A stretch of DNA of 64,000 bases from Macrostomum hystrix. Taxonomy: Eukaryota > Animalia > Platyhelminthes. A model generated the notes under the pieces. That model was not told where the DNA came from. It saw nothing but the letters and a program-made list of their open reading frames with translations, and did no database searches. The first letter of the stretch is position 1. Each line of letters starts with the position of its first letter. The stretch covers positions 5,456,001 through 5,520,000 of the forward strand of contig CATNEN010000002.1 in assembly GCA_950097015.1 (NCBI GenBank). The letters are read 5' to 3'. The position numbers and the translations under genes are program-made. Shown one piece after another: positions 35,385 through 47,554 of this stretch.

Positions 35385-36980
35385 GTGTACATTAGTGTGG
35401 CTGGGGTTGGTGCTTCGATGGGTTAGAATGTACATTAGTGTGGCTGGGGTTGGTGCTTCGATGGGTTAGAATGTACATTAGTGTGGCTGGGGCTGGTGCT
35501 TCTGTGGGTTAGAATGTACATTAGTGTGGCTGGGGTTGGTGCTTCGATGGATTAGAATGTACATTAGTGTGGCTGGGGTTGGTGCTTCGATGGGTTAGAA
35601 TGTACATTAGTGTGGCTGGGGTTGGTGCTTCGATGGGTTAGAATGTACATTAGTGTGGCTGGGGTTGGTGCTTCGATGGGTTAGAATGTACATTAGTGTG
35701 GCTGGGGTTGGTGCTTCGATGGGTTAGAATGTACATTAGTGTGGCTGGGGCTGGTGCTTCTGTAGGTTAGAATGTACATTAGTGTGGCTGGGGCTGGTGC
35801 TTCTGTGGGTTAGAATGTACATTAGTGTGGCTGGGGTTGGTGCTTCGATGGGTTAGAATGTACATTAGTGTGGCTGGGGTTGGTGCTTCGATGGGTTAGA
35901 ATGTACATTAGTGTGGCTGGGGCTGGTGCTTCTGTGGGTTAGAATGTACATTAGTGTGGCTGGGGCTGGTGCTTCTGTGGGTTAGAATGTACATTAGTGT
36001 GGCTGGGGTTGGTGCTTCTGTGGGTTAGAATGTACATTAGTGTGGCTGGGGCTGGTGCTTCTGTGGGTTAGAATCTACATTAGTGTGGCTGGGGCTGGTG
36101 CTTCTGTGGGTTAGAATGTACATTAGTGTGGCTGGGGCTGGTGCTTCTGTGGGTTAGAATGTACATTAGTGTGGCTGGGGTTGGTGCTTCGATGGGTTAG
36201 AATGTACATTAGTGTGGCTGGGGCTGGTGCTTCTGTGGGTTAGAATGTACATTAGTGTGGCTGGGGTTGGTGCTTCGATGGGTTAGAATGTACATTAGTG
36301 TGGCTGGGGTTGGTGCTTCGATGGGTTAGAATGTACATTAGTGTGGCTGGGGCTGGTGCTTCTGTGGGTTAGAATGTACATTAGTGTGGCTGGGGCTGGT
36401 GCTTCTGTGGGTTAGAATGTACATTAGTGTGGCTGGGGTTGGTGCTTCTGTGGGTTAGAATGTACATTAGTGTGGCTGGGGCTGGTGCTTCTGTGGGTTA
36501 GAATCTACATTAGTGTGGCTGGGGCTGGTGCTTCTGTGGGTTAGAATGTACATTAGTGTGGCTGGGGCTGGTGCTTCTGTGGGTTAGAATGTACATTAGT
36601 GTGGCTGGGGTTGGTGCTTCGATGGGTTAGAATGTACATTAGTGTGGCTGGGGCTGGTGCTTCTGTGGGTTAGAATGTACATTAGTGTGGCTGGGGTTGG
36701 TGCTTCTGTGGGTTAGAATGTACATTAGTGTGGCTGGGGCTGGTGCTTCTGTGGGTTAGAATGTACATTAGTGTGGCTGGGGTTGGTGCTTCTGTGGGTT
36801 AGAATGTACATTAGTGTGGCTGGGGTTGGTGCTTCGATGGGTTAGAATGTACATTAGTGTGGCTGGGGCTGGTGCTTCTGTGGGTTAGAATGTACATTAG
36901 TGTGGCTGGGGCTGGTGCTTCTGTGGGTTAGAATGTACATTAGTGTGGCTGGGGTTGGTGCTTCTGTGGGTTAGAATGTA
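35385..36980. repeat. 43-bp minisatellite (GTACATTAGTGTGGCTGGGGYTGGTGCTTCKRTGGGTTAGAAT)
   Basis: About 37 units with two main variants. Confidence 0.97.
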
Positions 36981-37419
36981 CAGTAATGCGTCTTTGCGTT
37001 TGTCTTTCGAATGTACATTTACGTTGTCAGTGTTTCGTTTTTGTTTTCAGTGTGAATTGTTCCGTACAAGCATGCCATTTAATGCATTAGCAGCCTAAAT
37101 CATGTCATTGCAGTGTGCTGGAGGGCTGCACTTTACCGAGGCTTTTATGATGTGAGAACAGCTTTTCAGATTATTGTTCTGTATATCAGCCTCCTATCCA
37201 CTCGCATGCTGGGTATAACTAGTAGTTTTTAAGACAGCAATTTCTGTCTGTCAATTATAAGTCACTGGAAAATACGAGTTGTTTCAAAAACATTTTATGC
37301 TCTTCAGAACCTCCTAAATTTTAACAATAGGCGACAACTGCATGCTAGCACTTCAGGCTAAACAATAGATAACAAGAATTTATAACTGATCATTACCAAT
37401 AGCACCTTCTTCCCCTAAC

Positions 37420-37875
37420 CTGCCCCATTCATTCTCCCCCTGCATCGCTCCTTCTCCCCTGCATCACTCCTTCTCCCCCTGCATCACCCATTCATTCTCC
37501 CCCCTGCATCACCCACTCATTCTCCCCTGCATCACTCCTTCTCCCCTGCATCACCCACTCCTTCTCCCCTGCATCACTCCTTCTCCCCTGCATCACTCCT
37601 TTTCCCCTGCATCACTCCTTCTCCCCTGCATCACCCACTCCTTCTCCCCTGCATCACTCCTTCTCCCCTGCATCACCCACTCCTTCTCCCCTGCATCACT
37701 CCTCCCCTGCATCACTCCTTCTCCCCTGCATCACCCACTCCTTCTCCCCTGCATCACCCACTCCTTCTCCCCTGCATCACTCCTTCTCCCCTGCATCACC
37801 CATCCTTCTCCCCTGCATCACCCGTCCTTCTCCCCTGCATCACTCCTTCTCCCCTGCATCACCCATCCTTCTCCC
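37420..37875. repeat. 19-23-bp minisatellite (CCTGCATCACTCCTTCTCC)
   Basis: Tandem units. Confidence 0.92.
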
Positions 37876-38429
37876 CTTCGTTTCAAATTCCACACTCTAA
37901 AGTATATATAAAGTACTTCTTTTCGGCAGGCTCAAAGCATTTGCACTTTTGTAGAAAATGTGCGAAAAACTAGCAATAATTTGACAGCAATAGTTAGGAG
38001 TGTGGCAAGATGGGGCCTAAGCTAAGCAGATAAACATCCAGTCTCCAGCTGTACAGTTGGCAATGAAGACAATTCTGGAATTTTCCAGCTCTGTTCACAA
38101 ATTGCCAAACTCCTCCTAGTGCCGAATTACTTTTTTTCTCTCTCTCTGTGCCCTGCATGTCTGCTTTCGGCTTTTCGTTGCTTTCCTTTTCTCTTCTTCA
38201 ATTAAGAACGAATCCGAAGGTGACTGAAAAGGATTGCAAACCAGTGAGCACGGGGCACCGAGCGATTGTGGGCATTGTCCGCCTGCTCAAGGCTTGAGCA
38301 GACTGTACTCGGAAGGCCGAACCGAGGGTTGGGTAACAAATAGTGGAAGCTCGCTTTTCCTACAGGCAGTTGCTGGGTGTCGAGCTCGGATTAGCTTGTA
38401 TAATTTTCACCTGACTGTTTAGATCAATC

Positions 38430-41400
38430 ATGCTGAATGCTGTTGATGAAGCTATTCAGGTTGAGCTGCTGGACACGAACCAAGGAGCCTCTGGATCAGT
38501 AGAACCACTGCAGCATCAGCAGGATCACACCCACTCAAAGGTATCTAAACCAATCTACCTGTAAAAGAAACCAACCTATCCTAGATCCCAACCTACCCCA
38601 TTCCAACCTATCCTAGATCCCAACCTACCCTAGATCCCAACCTACCCTATAGATCCTAACATATACCAGATCCCAACCTACCCTAGATCCCAACCTACCC
38701 TAGATCCCAACCTACCCTAGATCCTAACCTACCCTAGATCCCAACCTACCCTAGATCCCAACCTACCCCAGATCCCAACCTACCCCATTCCAACCTACCC
38801 CATTCCAACCTACCCCAGATCCCAACCTACCCCATTCCAACCTACCCCAGATCCCAACCTACCCTAGATCCCAACCTACCCTATAGATCCTAACATATAC
38901 CAGATCCCAACCTACCCTAGATCCCAACCTACCCTAGATCCCAACCTACCCTAGATCCTAACCTACCCCAGATCCCAACCTACCCCATTCCAACCTACCC
39001 CATTCCAACCTACCCCAGATCCCAACCTACCCCATTCCAACCTACCCTAGATCCCAACCTACCCTAGATCCCAACCTACCCTAGATCCCAACCTACCCTA
39101 GATCCCAACTTACCCTAGATCCTAACCTACCCTAGATCCCAACCTACCCTAGATCCCAACCTACCCTAGATCCCAACCTACCCTAGATCCCAACTTACCC
39201 TAGATCCAAACCTACCCTAGATCCTAACCTACCCCAGATCCCAACCTACCCTAGATCCCAACCTACCCTAGATCCCAACCTACCCTAGATCCCAACCTAC
39301 CCTAGATCCCAACCTACCCTAGATCCCAACCTACCAGCACCAACCAGAGCCTATAGATTGCAGTCTCCAATCCGCAGCCGGCCCACAGAGGGCACAGCAG
39401 TCTGCTGCTCCACCTGCAGCCAAAGTCCTGGGCCGCTGGTCTCGGCAGTCGACTTCGCCGACTGTCGGTTCCGCCGCTGTTGGTCGCCTCTTCAAAGCGA
39501 CGCCAGAAGCCGCCGGCGGCCGACTCACCACCCCAGCTGCGTCATCAGCCGCCGACAGCTCCGCGAGTCCGGCTGCAACCAGCCGCGCCAATGAGCAACG
39601 CGGAGAGGCATCGAATTAACCTGCTCTTCCACCTGCTCAGGGATCACACGGATGCTCTTAGACTGCGGCTGGGGGAGCTGGGCCAGCTGGAGCTCCTGGG
39701 CGACGATGACGACGATTCGTTGCTGTTGGCCTGGCTGGATCTCGAGCCGGATGATTTCGACAACGACGACTTTCAAGACAGCGATAATGAAGTGTTGCTG
39801 TCAGCCAGCGAGGGTGATGATGGCCATTGCTGCGACTATTTCAAGAACAAAAGTGAGCGACACGGAAATCTTGTTTGGGATCAAAGAGTTCTTTCACAAT
39901 AAGCAGTGAAAAGGCCAACAGAAGAAACTTTTCCAAATAAACTCCACCTGATAAACTCTTCTAATACCTCCCAAAAAACTTTTTTAATAACCTCTGACCT
40001 AATAAACCCCAATAAACAGATTCTCAGTAAACTCTGACCTAATAAACCTCAATAAACTGATTCTCAATAAACTCTGACCTAATAAACCCCAATAAACTGA
40101 TTTTCAGTAAACTCTGACCTAATAAACCCCAATAAACTGATTTTCAGTAAACCCTGACCTAATAAACCCCAATAAACGGATTTTCAGTAAACCCTGACCT
40201 AATAAACCCCAATAAACGGATTCTCAGTAAACTCTGATCTAATAAACCCCAAAAAACGGATTCTCAATAAACTCTGATCTAATAAACCCCAATAAACTGA
40301 TTTTCAGTAAACTCTGACCTAATAAACCCCAATAAACTGATTTTCAGTAAACTCTGACCTAAAAAACCCCAATAAACTGATTTTCAGTAAACTCTGACCT
40401 AATAAACCCCAATAAACTGATTTTCAGTAAACCTGACCTAATAAACCCCAATAAACGGATTCTCAGTAAACTCTGATCTAATAAACCCCAATAAACTGAT
40501 TCTCAGTAAACTCTGATCTAATAAACCCCAATAAACGGATTCTCAGTAAACTCTGATCTAATAAACCCCAATAAACTGATTTTCAGTAAACTCTGACCTA
40601 ATAAACCCCAATAAACTGATTTTCAGTAAACCCTGACCTAATAAACCCCAATAAACGGATTCTCAGTAAACTCTGATCTAATAAACCCCAAAAAACGGAT
40701 TCTCAATAAACTCTGATCTAATAAACCCCAATAAACTGATTTTCAGTAAACTCTGACCTAATAAACCCCAATAAACTGATTTTCAGTAAACTCTGACCTA
40801 ATAGACCCCAATAAACGGATTCTCAGTAAACTCTGATCTAATAAACCCCAAAAAACGGATTCTCAATAAACTCTGATCTAATAAACCCCAATAAACTGAT
40901 TTTCAGTAAACTCTGACCTAATAAACCCCAATAAACTGATTTTCAGTAAACTCTGACCTAATAAACCCCAATAAACTGATTTTCAGTAAACTCTGACCTA
41001 ATAAACCCCAATAAACTGATTTTCAGTAAACCTGACCTAATAAACCCCAATAAACGGATTCTCAGTAAACTCTGATCTAATAAACCCCAATAAACTGATT
41101 CTCAGTAAACTCTGATCTAATAAACCCCAATAAACGGATTCTCAGTAAACTCTGATCTAATAAACCCCAATAAACTGATTTTCAGTAAACTCTGACCTAA
41201 TAAACCCCAATAAACTGATTTTCAGTAAACTCTGACCTAATAGACCCCAATAAACAGATTTTCAGTAAACTCTGACCTAATAAACCCCAATAAACTGATT
41301 AGCAATAAACTCTGACCTAATAAACCCCAATAAACTGATTTTCAGTAAACCTGACCTAATAAACCCCAATAAACGGATTCTCAGTAAACTCTGATCTAAT

Positions 41401-43186
41401 AAACCCCAATAAACGGATTCTCAATAAAATATGACCTAATAAACCTCAATAAACTGATTCTCAATAAAATATGACCTAACAAACCTCAATAAACTGATTC
41501 TCAATAAAATATGACATAATAAACCACAATAAACGGATTCTCAATAAAATATGACATAATAAACCTCAATAAACTGATTCTCGATAAACTCTGCCCTAAT
41601 AAACCCCAATAAACTGATTCTCAATCAACTCTGACCTAATAAACCCCAATAAACTGATTCTCAATAAACTCTGACCTAATAAACCCCAATAAACTGATTC
41701 TCAATAAACTCTCACCTAATAAACCCCAATAAACTGATTCTCAATAAACTCTGACCTAATAAACCCCAATAAACTGATTCTCAATAAACTCTCACCTAAT
41801 AAACCCCGATAAACTGATTCTCAATAAACTCTGACCTAATAAACCCCAATAAACTGATTCTCAATATACTCTGACCTAATAAACCCCAATAAACGGATTC
41901 TCAATAAACTCTGACCTAATAAACCCCAATAAACTGATTCTCAATATACTCTGACCTAATAAACCCCAATAAACGGATTCTCAATAAACTCTGACCTAAT
42001 AAACCCCAATAAACTGATTAGCAATAAACTCTGCGCTAATAAACCCCAATAAACAAATTCTCAACAAACTCTCACCTAATAAACCCCAATCAACAAATTC
42101 TCAACAAACTCTCACCTAATAAACCCCGATAAACTGATTCTCAATAAACTCTGACCTAATAAACCCCAATAAACGGATTCTCAATAAACTCTGACCTAAT
42201 AAACCCCAATAAACTGATTAACAATAAACTCTGCGCTAATAAACCCCAATAAACAAATTCTCAACAAACTCTCACCTAATAAACCCCGATAAACTGATTC
42301 TCAATAAACTCTCACCTAATAAACCCCAATAAACTGATTTTCAGTAAACTCTCACCTAATAAACCCCAATAAACTGATTTTCAGTAAACTCTGACCTAAT
42401 AAACCCCAATAAACAAATTCTCAACAAACTCTCACCTAATAAACCCCGATAAACTGATTCTCAATAAACTCTCACCTAATAAACCCCAATAAACTGATTC
42501 TCAATAAACTCTGACCTAATAAACCCCAATAAACTGATTTTCAATGAACTCTGCCCTAATAAACCCCAATAAACTGATTCTTAATAAACTCTGACCTAAT
42601 AAACCCCAATAAACGGATTCTCAGTAAACTCTGATCTAATAAACCCCAATAAACTGATTCTCAATAAACTCTGATCTAATAAACCCCAGTAAACTGATTT
42701 TCAGTAAACTCTGACCTAATAAACCCCAATAAACGGATTCTCAGTAAACTCTGATCTAATAAACCCCAATAAACTGATTCTCAATAAACTCTGATCTAAT
42801 AAACCCCAGTAAACTGATTTTCAGTAAACTCTGACCTAATAATCCTCAATAAACGGATTCCCATTAAAATATGACCTAATAAACCACAATAAACTGATTC
42901 TCAATAAACTCTGACCTAATAAACCCCAATAAACTGATTCTCAATAAACCCTGCTCTAATAAACCCCAATAAACTGATTCTCAATAAACCCTGCCCTAAT
43001 AAACCCCAATAAACTGCAGAGTGTGACTGTGATTCGGACTCCTGCCGCAGCGGTCACTCTGGCGACTTCATGAGATTCAAGCATCAGAGGCGCAGCGTGC
43101 GGTGGAATCAGGAATACGACCGCGAGTTCAGAGAGACCGTCGGCCTGCTGGATCAGAACTGTGTCCGGGTGTACCAGATTAAATGA
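38430..43186 (+). CDS. Hypothetical protein, about 257 aa, 3 exons (acidic middle, Cys cluster, RSVRW motif)
   Basis: Exons 38430-38540 (AAG|GTATCT), 39357-39852 (A|GTGAGC) and 43020-43186 are phase-consistent and stop-free. They form GC-rich islands between minisatellite introns. No family recognised. Confidence 0.55.
38575..39335 (+). repeat. 17-bp minisatellite family C (CTAGATCCCAACCTACC)
   Basis: Tandem units; reverse complement of the array at 45420-46312. Confidence 0.95.
39950..43015. repeat. 40-bp minisatellite (AATAAACCCCAATAAACTGATTTTCAGTAAACTCTGACCT)
   Basis: About 75 units, each with 2-3 AATAAA on the + strand. Confidence 0.97.
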
Positions 43187-43519
43187 ATGCCAACCATCTG
43201 TTTATCGGTACTTTTATAGCACTCTTACCACACTCAAAGCGCCCCAACAAGAAATGTAAAAACAACTTGTTTTCATTAACTTAGTGCCTGTTCTGCAAGT
43301 ACATAAAAAGTCCGTTGCTTATGTTTAAACAGGTTCGATTCGCGAATAGAACTTTTACGAGTACATTATCAGCACTAATCTCAGCATTCATTTTTATCAG
43401 GCTTCTATCAGGCTTTTGACTGTACTTTTAAACCCGTACGTTTAATTTGACGCTAATAATATGCTTGTAATGTGCATAAAACACACAACCCAGGGTTCCA
43501 TTTCGGATCGACGACTTTA

Positions 43520-44155
43520 AACTGCTGGGTACTTTTGACTGCTGGGTACTTTTGACTGCTGGGTACTTTTGACTGCTGGGTACTTTTGACTGCTGCACTT
43601 TTGACTGCTGCACTTTTGACTGCTGCACTTTTGACTGGTGCACTTTTGACTGCTAGGTACTTTTGACTGCTGCACTTTTGACTGCTGCACTTTTGACTGC
43701 TGGGTACTTTTGACTGCCGCACTTTTGACTGCTGCACTTTTGACTGCTGCACTTCTGACTGCTGCACTTTTGACTGCTGCACTTTTGACTGCTGGGTACT
43801 TTTGACTGCTGCACTTTTGACTGCTGCACTTTTGACTGCTGGGTACTTTTGACTGCTGCACTTTTGACTGCTGCACTTTTGACTGCTGGGTACTTTTGAC
43901 TGCCGCACTTTTGACTGCTGCACTTTTGACTGCTGCACTTTTGACTGCTGCACTTTTGACTGCTGCACTTTTGACTGCTGCACTTTTGACTGCTGCACTT
44001 TTGACTGCTGCACTTTTGACTGCTGCACTTTTGACTGCTGCACTTTTGACTGCTGCACTTTTGACTGCTAGGTACTTTTGACTGCTGCACTTTTGACTGC
44101 TGCACTTTTGACTGCTGCACTTTTGACTGCTGCACTTTTGACTGCTGTACTTTTG
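43520..44155. repeat. 15-bp minisatellite (GCACTTTTGACTGCT)
   Basis: About 42 units. Confidence 0.95.
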
Positions 44156-44444
44156 AATGCTCGACATTGAACCACTTTTGAAAAAAATAACTGCTCTGAA
44201 TTAAAAACGCAATAATGATGGACATTAAAACTGTTTTGCCAAACAGCTTTAGGACGCATAGAAAGTTTTGATATATTTTTAATATATACAAACAAATAAT
44301 AAAAAGTGCATAGAAAACACTGTACATAGATACAGTGGACTCAAGACTTAGATCCACTTACCTTATGGCAATTTCTCCAAAAAGCAGTTATCATTTTATA
44401 TCAACAATTGTTTTCCATATTATTATGTGCAATTCTTCCCCTTC

Positions 44445-44860
44445 TACTGCCGCTCTTTCTTCTTCTTCTACTGCCGCTCCTTCTTCCCCTTTTACTGCCG
44501 CTCCTTCTTCCCTTTTTATGCCGCTCTTTCTTCCCCTTCTACTGCCGCTCCTTCTTCCCCTTCTACTGCCGCTCCTTCTTCCCCTTCTACTGCCGCTCCT
44601 TCTTCCCCTTCTACTGCCGCTCCTTCTTCCCCTTCTACTGCCGCTCCTTCTTCCCCTTCTACTGCCGCTCCTTCTTCCCCTTCTACTGCCGCTCCTTCTT
44701 CCCCTTCTACTGCCGCTCCTTCTTCCCCTTCTACTGCCGCTCCTTCTTCCCCTTCTACTGCCGCTCCTTCTTCCCCATCAACTGCCGCTCTTTCTTCCCC
44801 ATCAACTGCCGCTCCTTCTTCCCCATCAACTGCCGCTCTTTCTTCCCCTTCTATTGCCGC
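44445..44860. repeat. 24-bp repeat (CTTCTACTGCCGCTCCTTCTTCCC); encodes VEGEEGAA on the minus strand if exonic
   Basis: About 17 units immediately downstream of the lectin domain. Confidence 0.95.
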
Positions 44861-45392
44861 TCTTTCTCTTTTACCACCGCTCTCTCTCCATCTCTCCTGT
44901 CCCGCTGTCTCCCCCTCACCCAGCTCACCCAGGCTGCCATAGACTTCAATCTCGCAGATTGTCAGCAGATCGCCAGTCCGGGAGGCCAGCCGCAGAACGG
45001 AGCCTTCACCGCCGCAGTTAACAATGAAAATCGATTCTGGCGGGCGCAAATATTCTGCGCAGGTGTTGCCGTCCATTAGAAGCAGAAAATTGGCCAAACG
45101 ATTCGCACAGCAGTCGACTCGATTCCACAGTTTCACGTAGTCGACTCGGGCCCTCGAGCTGAAACTGGCCTGCCACCAGCCGTTCGCGTCGCCTGTGCAG
45201 GCGCAGCTGCCGCTGTTCCAATGCTGATTCTGATTGCCATCAATGGCTTTGTAGCATGTGACAGCCGAATTGAAATCAGTCGACTGAGAACAGAAGGCTA
45301 CTGACAGCTTGTCGGCTTGACCAGCACTGGCTAATAGGGCTAGAACAGCAAGGCTGGATGCAATGGGTGGATTTTGAGTGACCTTCACTAAG
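44516..45392 (-). CDS. F-type lectin (fucolectin/FTP, F5/8-type C fold) with signal-peptide-like leader
   Basis: CSQST..AIDGN.N.....SC.CT....WW......V.LWNR.DCC..RL....C.............LTICEIEVYG is the F-type lectin signature. The leader is hydrophobic (SSLAVLALLASAGQA). The ORF opens on GTG, so the true start is probably in an upstream exon (acceptor at 45393). The 3' end is uncertain because of a strong donor at 44928. Confidence 0.85.
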
Positions 45393-45419
45393 CTGTGACA
45401 GATTGGTTTCGTTTGGTTG

Positions 45420-46312
45420 GTGGGATTTAGGGTAGGTTGGGATCTAGGGTTGGTTGGGATCTAAGGTAGTTTAGGATCTGGGGTAGGTTGGGATCTAGGG
45501 TAGGTTGGGATCTGGGGTAGTTTGGGATCTAGGGTAGGTTGAGATCTAGGGTAGGTTGGGATCTGGGGTAGTTTGGGATCTAGGGTAGGTTGAGATCTAG
45601 GGTTGGTTGGGATCTGGGGTAGTTTGGGATCTAGGGTAGGTTGAGATCTAGGGTAGGTTGGGATCTAGGGTAGGTTGGGATCTGGGGTAGTTTGGGATCT
45701 AGGGTAGGTTGAGATCTAGGGTAGGTTGGGATCTGGGGTAGTTTGGGATCTAGGGTAGGTTGAGATCTAGGGTAGGTTGGGATCTGGGGTAGTTTGGGAT
45801 CTAGGGTAGGTTGAGATCTAGGGTTGGTTGGGAGCTAAGGTAGGTTGGGATCTGGGGTAGTTTAGGTTCTAAGGTAGTTTGGGATCTGGGGTAGGTTGGG
45901 ATCTAGGGTAGGTTGGGATCTAGGGTAGGTTGGGATCTAGGGTTGGTTGGGATCTAAGGTAGGTTGGGATCTGGGGTAGTTTGGGATCTAGGGTTGGTTG
46001 GGATCTAAGGTAGGTTGGGATCTGGGGTAGTTTGGGATCTAGGGTAGGTTGGGATCTGGGGTAGTTTGGGATCTAGGGTAGGTTGGGATCTGGGGTAGTT
46101 TGGGATCTAGGGTAGGTTGGGATCTGGGGTAGTTTGGGATCTGGGGTAGTTTGGGATCTAGGGTAGGTTGGGATCTGGGGTTGGTTGGGATCTAGGGTTG
46201 GTTGGGATCTAGGGTTGGTTGGGATCTAGGGTTGGTTGGGATCCAAGGTAGGTTGGGATCTAGGGTAGGTTGGGATCTGGGGGTAGTTTGGGATCTAGGG
46301 TAGGTTGGGATA
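45420..46312 (-). repeat. 17-bp minisatellite family C, inverted (GGTAGGTTGGGATCTAG)
   Basis: Reverse complement of 38575-39335. Confidence 0.95.
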
Positions 46313-47554
46313 AAATACTAAACTAAAACGGTGTGGGCAGAAATTTTGGTGCGTGTGGCGGCTTCCCGAGTCCGTGGACTGATCAGCTGTACACGCAATC
46401 ACTGCGGCTGTGCACTGGCTGTAAATCTGGTTCAACTAAGGCTAGGTGGGATCTCTATGTTGCTTGTGCAGCGCAGGTTTTTTAATAAAAATCTAGCTCA
46501 CCATTGAAAACAGCTCAGGCTGTTTGTCTGTAGCCACATTGTGACCCAATCAATTCAATGAAAGGAGATAAATGAAGCAATTCAGAGTAATGATTTTTCT
46601 TAAGCCGCGTATATATGGCATTCCTGATAAGCTCTATTTACGATACTTGACCAGCCAATCAGAATTTAACTAAGGGACTTTAGTGACCCAGCAGAGCTGG
46701 ATTGGCGACAAAATGCTGGTGGCCTCAAATGGCAAACCTCAGTCCAACTGTAGAGTTGTAATATGTGGGCTACTATGGGTCTAAGTAGTTTTTACATTCA
46801 ATTTAAAAAAATTATTAATATTCTAACTACACTACTGACCATGTTAAGTAGCACGCATCGCATAAATAAGTATAACAAAACAAATACCGATTCGATTGGG
46901 TTCGGAGTCTTCGGACATTAACACACACTTGGGTACTTGGCGGCAGGGCAGCACTTGTTAGCATTAAACAGTCTGCCCCATAGACTAAACTGTAACAATT
47001 TTGCTATTTCTTGGTCCGTCTGCCACGCGCGGGTCTACTACCCCAAAACCATAGACTAATCTAGCTAGCAGTCTAAGCCATATCTATGCCCCAAACCCAA
47101 GGCCTGTCTGTTTGTCGATCATGCGATCAGCCAATCGGAGCTGGGCTGAAGCTAAACTCCAGCAGCACTTGAACCAATAGAAAATGCCGCACGGTTTTAA
47201 CGAAGTCTAAATTCATAGAGCGGCACTGACCAGTCAAAGGCTCTGATGGCATAGTAATACAATAGACAAGATGGTGGCTTATTTAAGCATGTAGTTTTTG
47301 TACAGACCTGCCTGCCTGTCATGAATGCATTTAGCTTGCGTGGATCAATAGCTTGATAACCAGAATATTCTGCACAAGCATTCTTCTGCATTAACCACGT
47401 GACTTTCATTTTCACTCAACTTATTAATATTTACACGGTGACCTTTAGTCTGGAAATGATTTGCTGTACAGCAGCATTATAATGACATATAACATTGACA
47501 TATGACATATGACATATAATGACATTTGTACTTTTGTCATTATTTGTCACAGGG

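Noticed and set aside
35385-36980. GGGTTAG within the 43-bp unit as an interstitial telomere
   Set aside because: There is only a single partial hexamer per unit and no (TTAGGG)n run.
47197-47415. 72-aa minus-strand ORF, and possible exons at 48614-48900
   Set aside because: I could not build a phase-consistent model or recognise any family.
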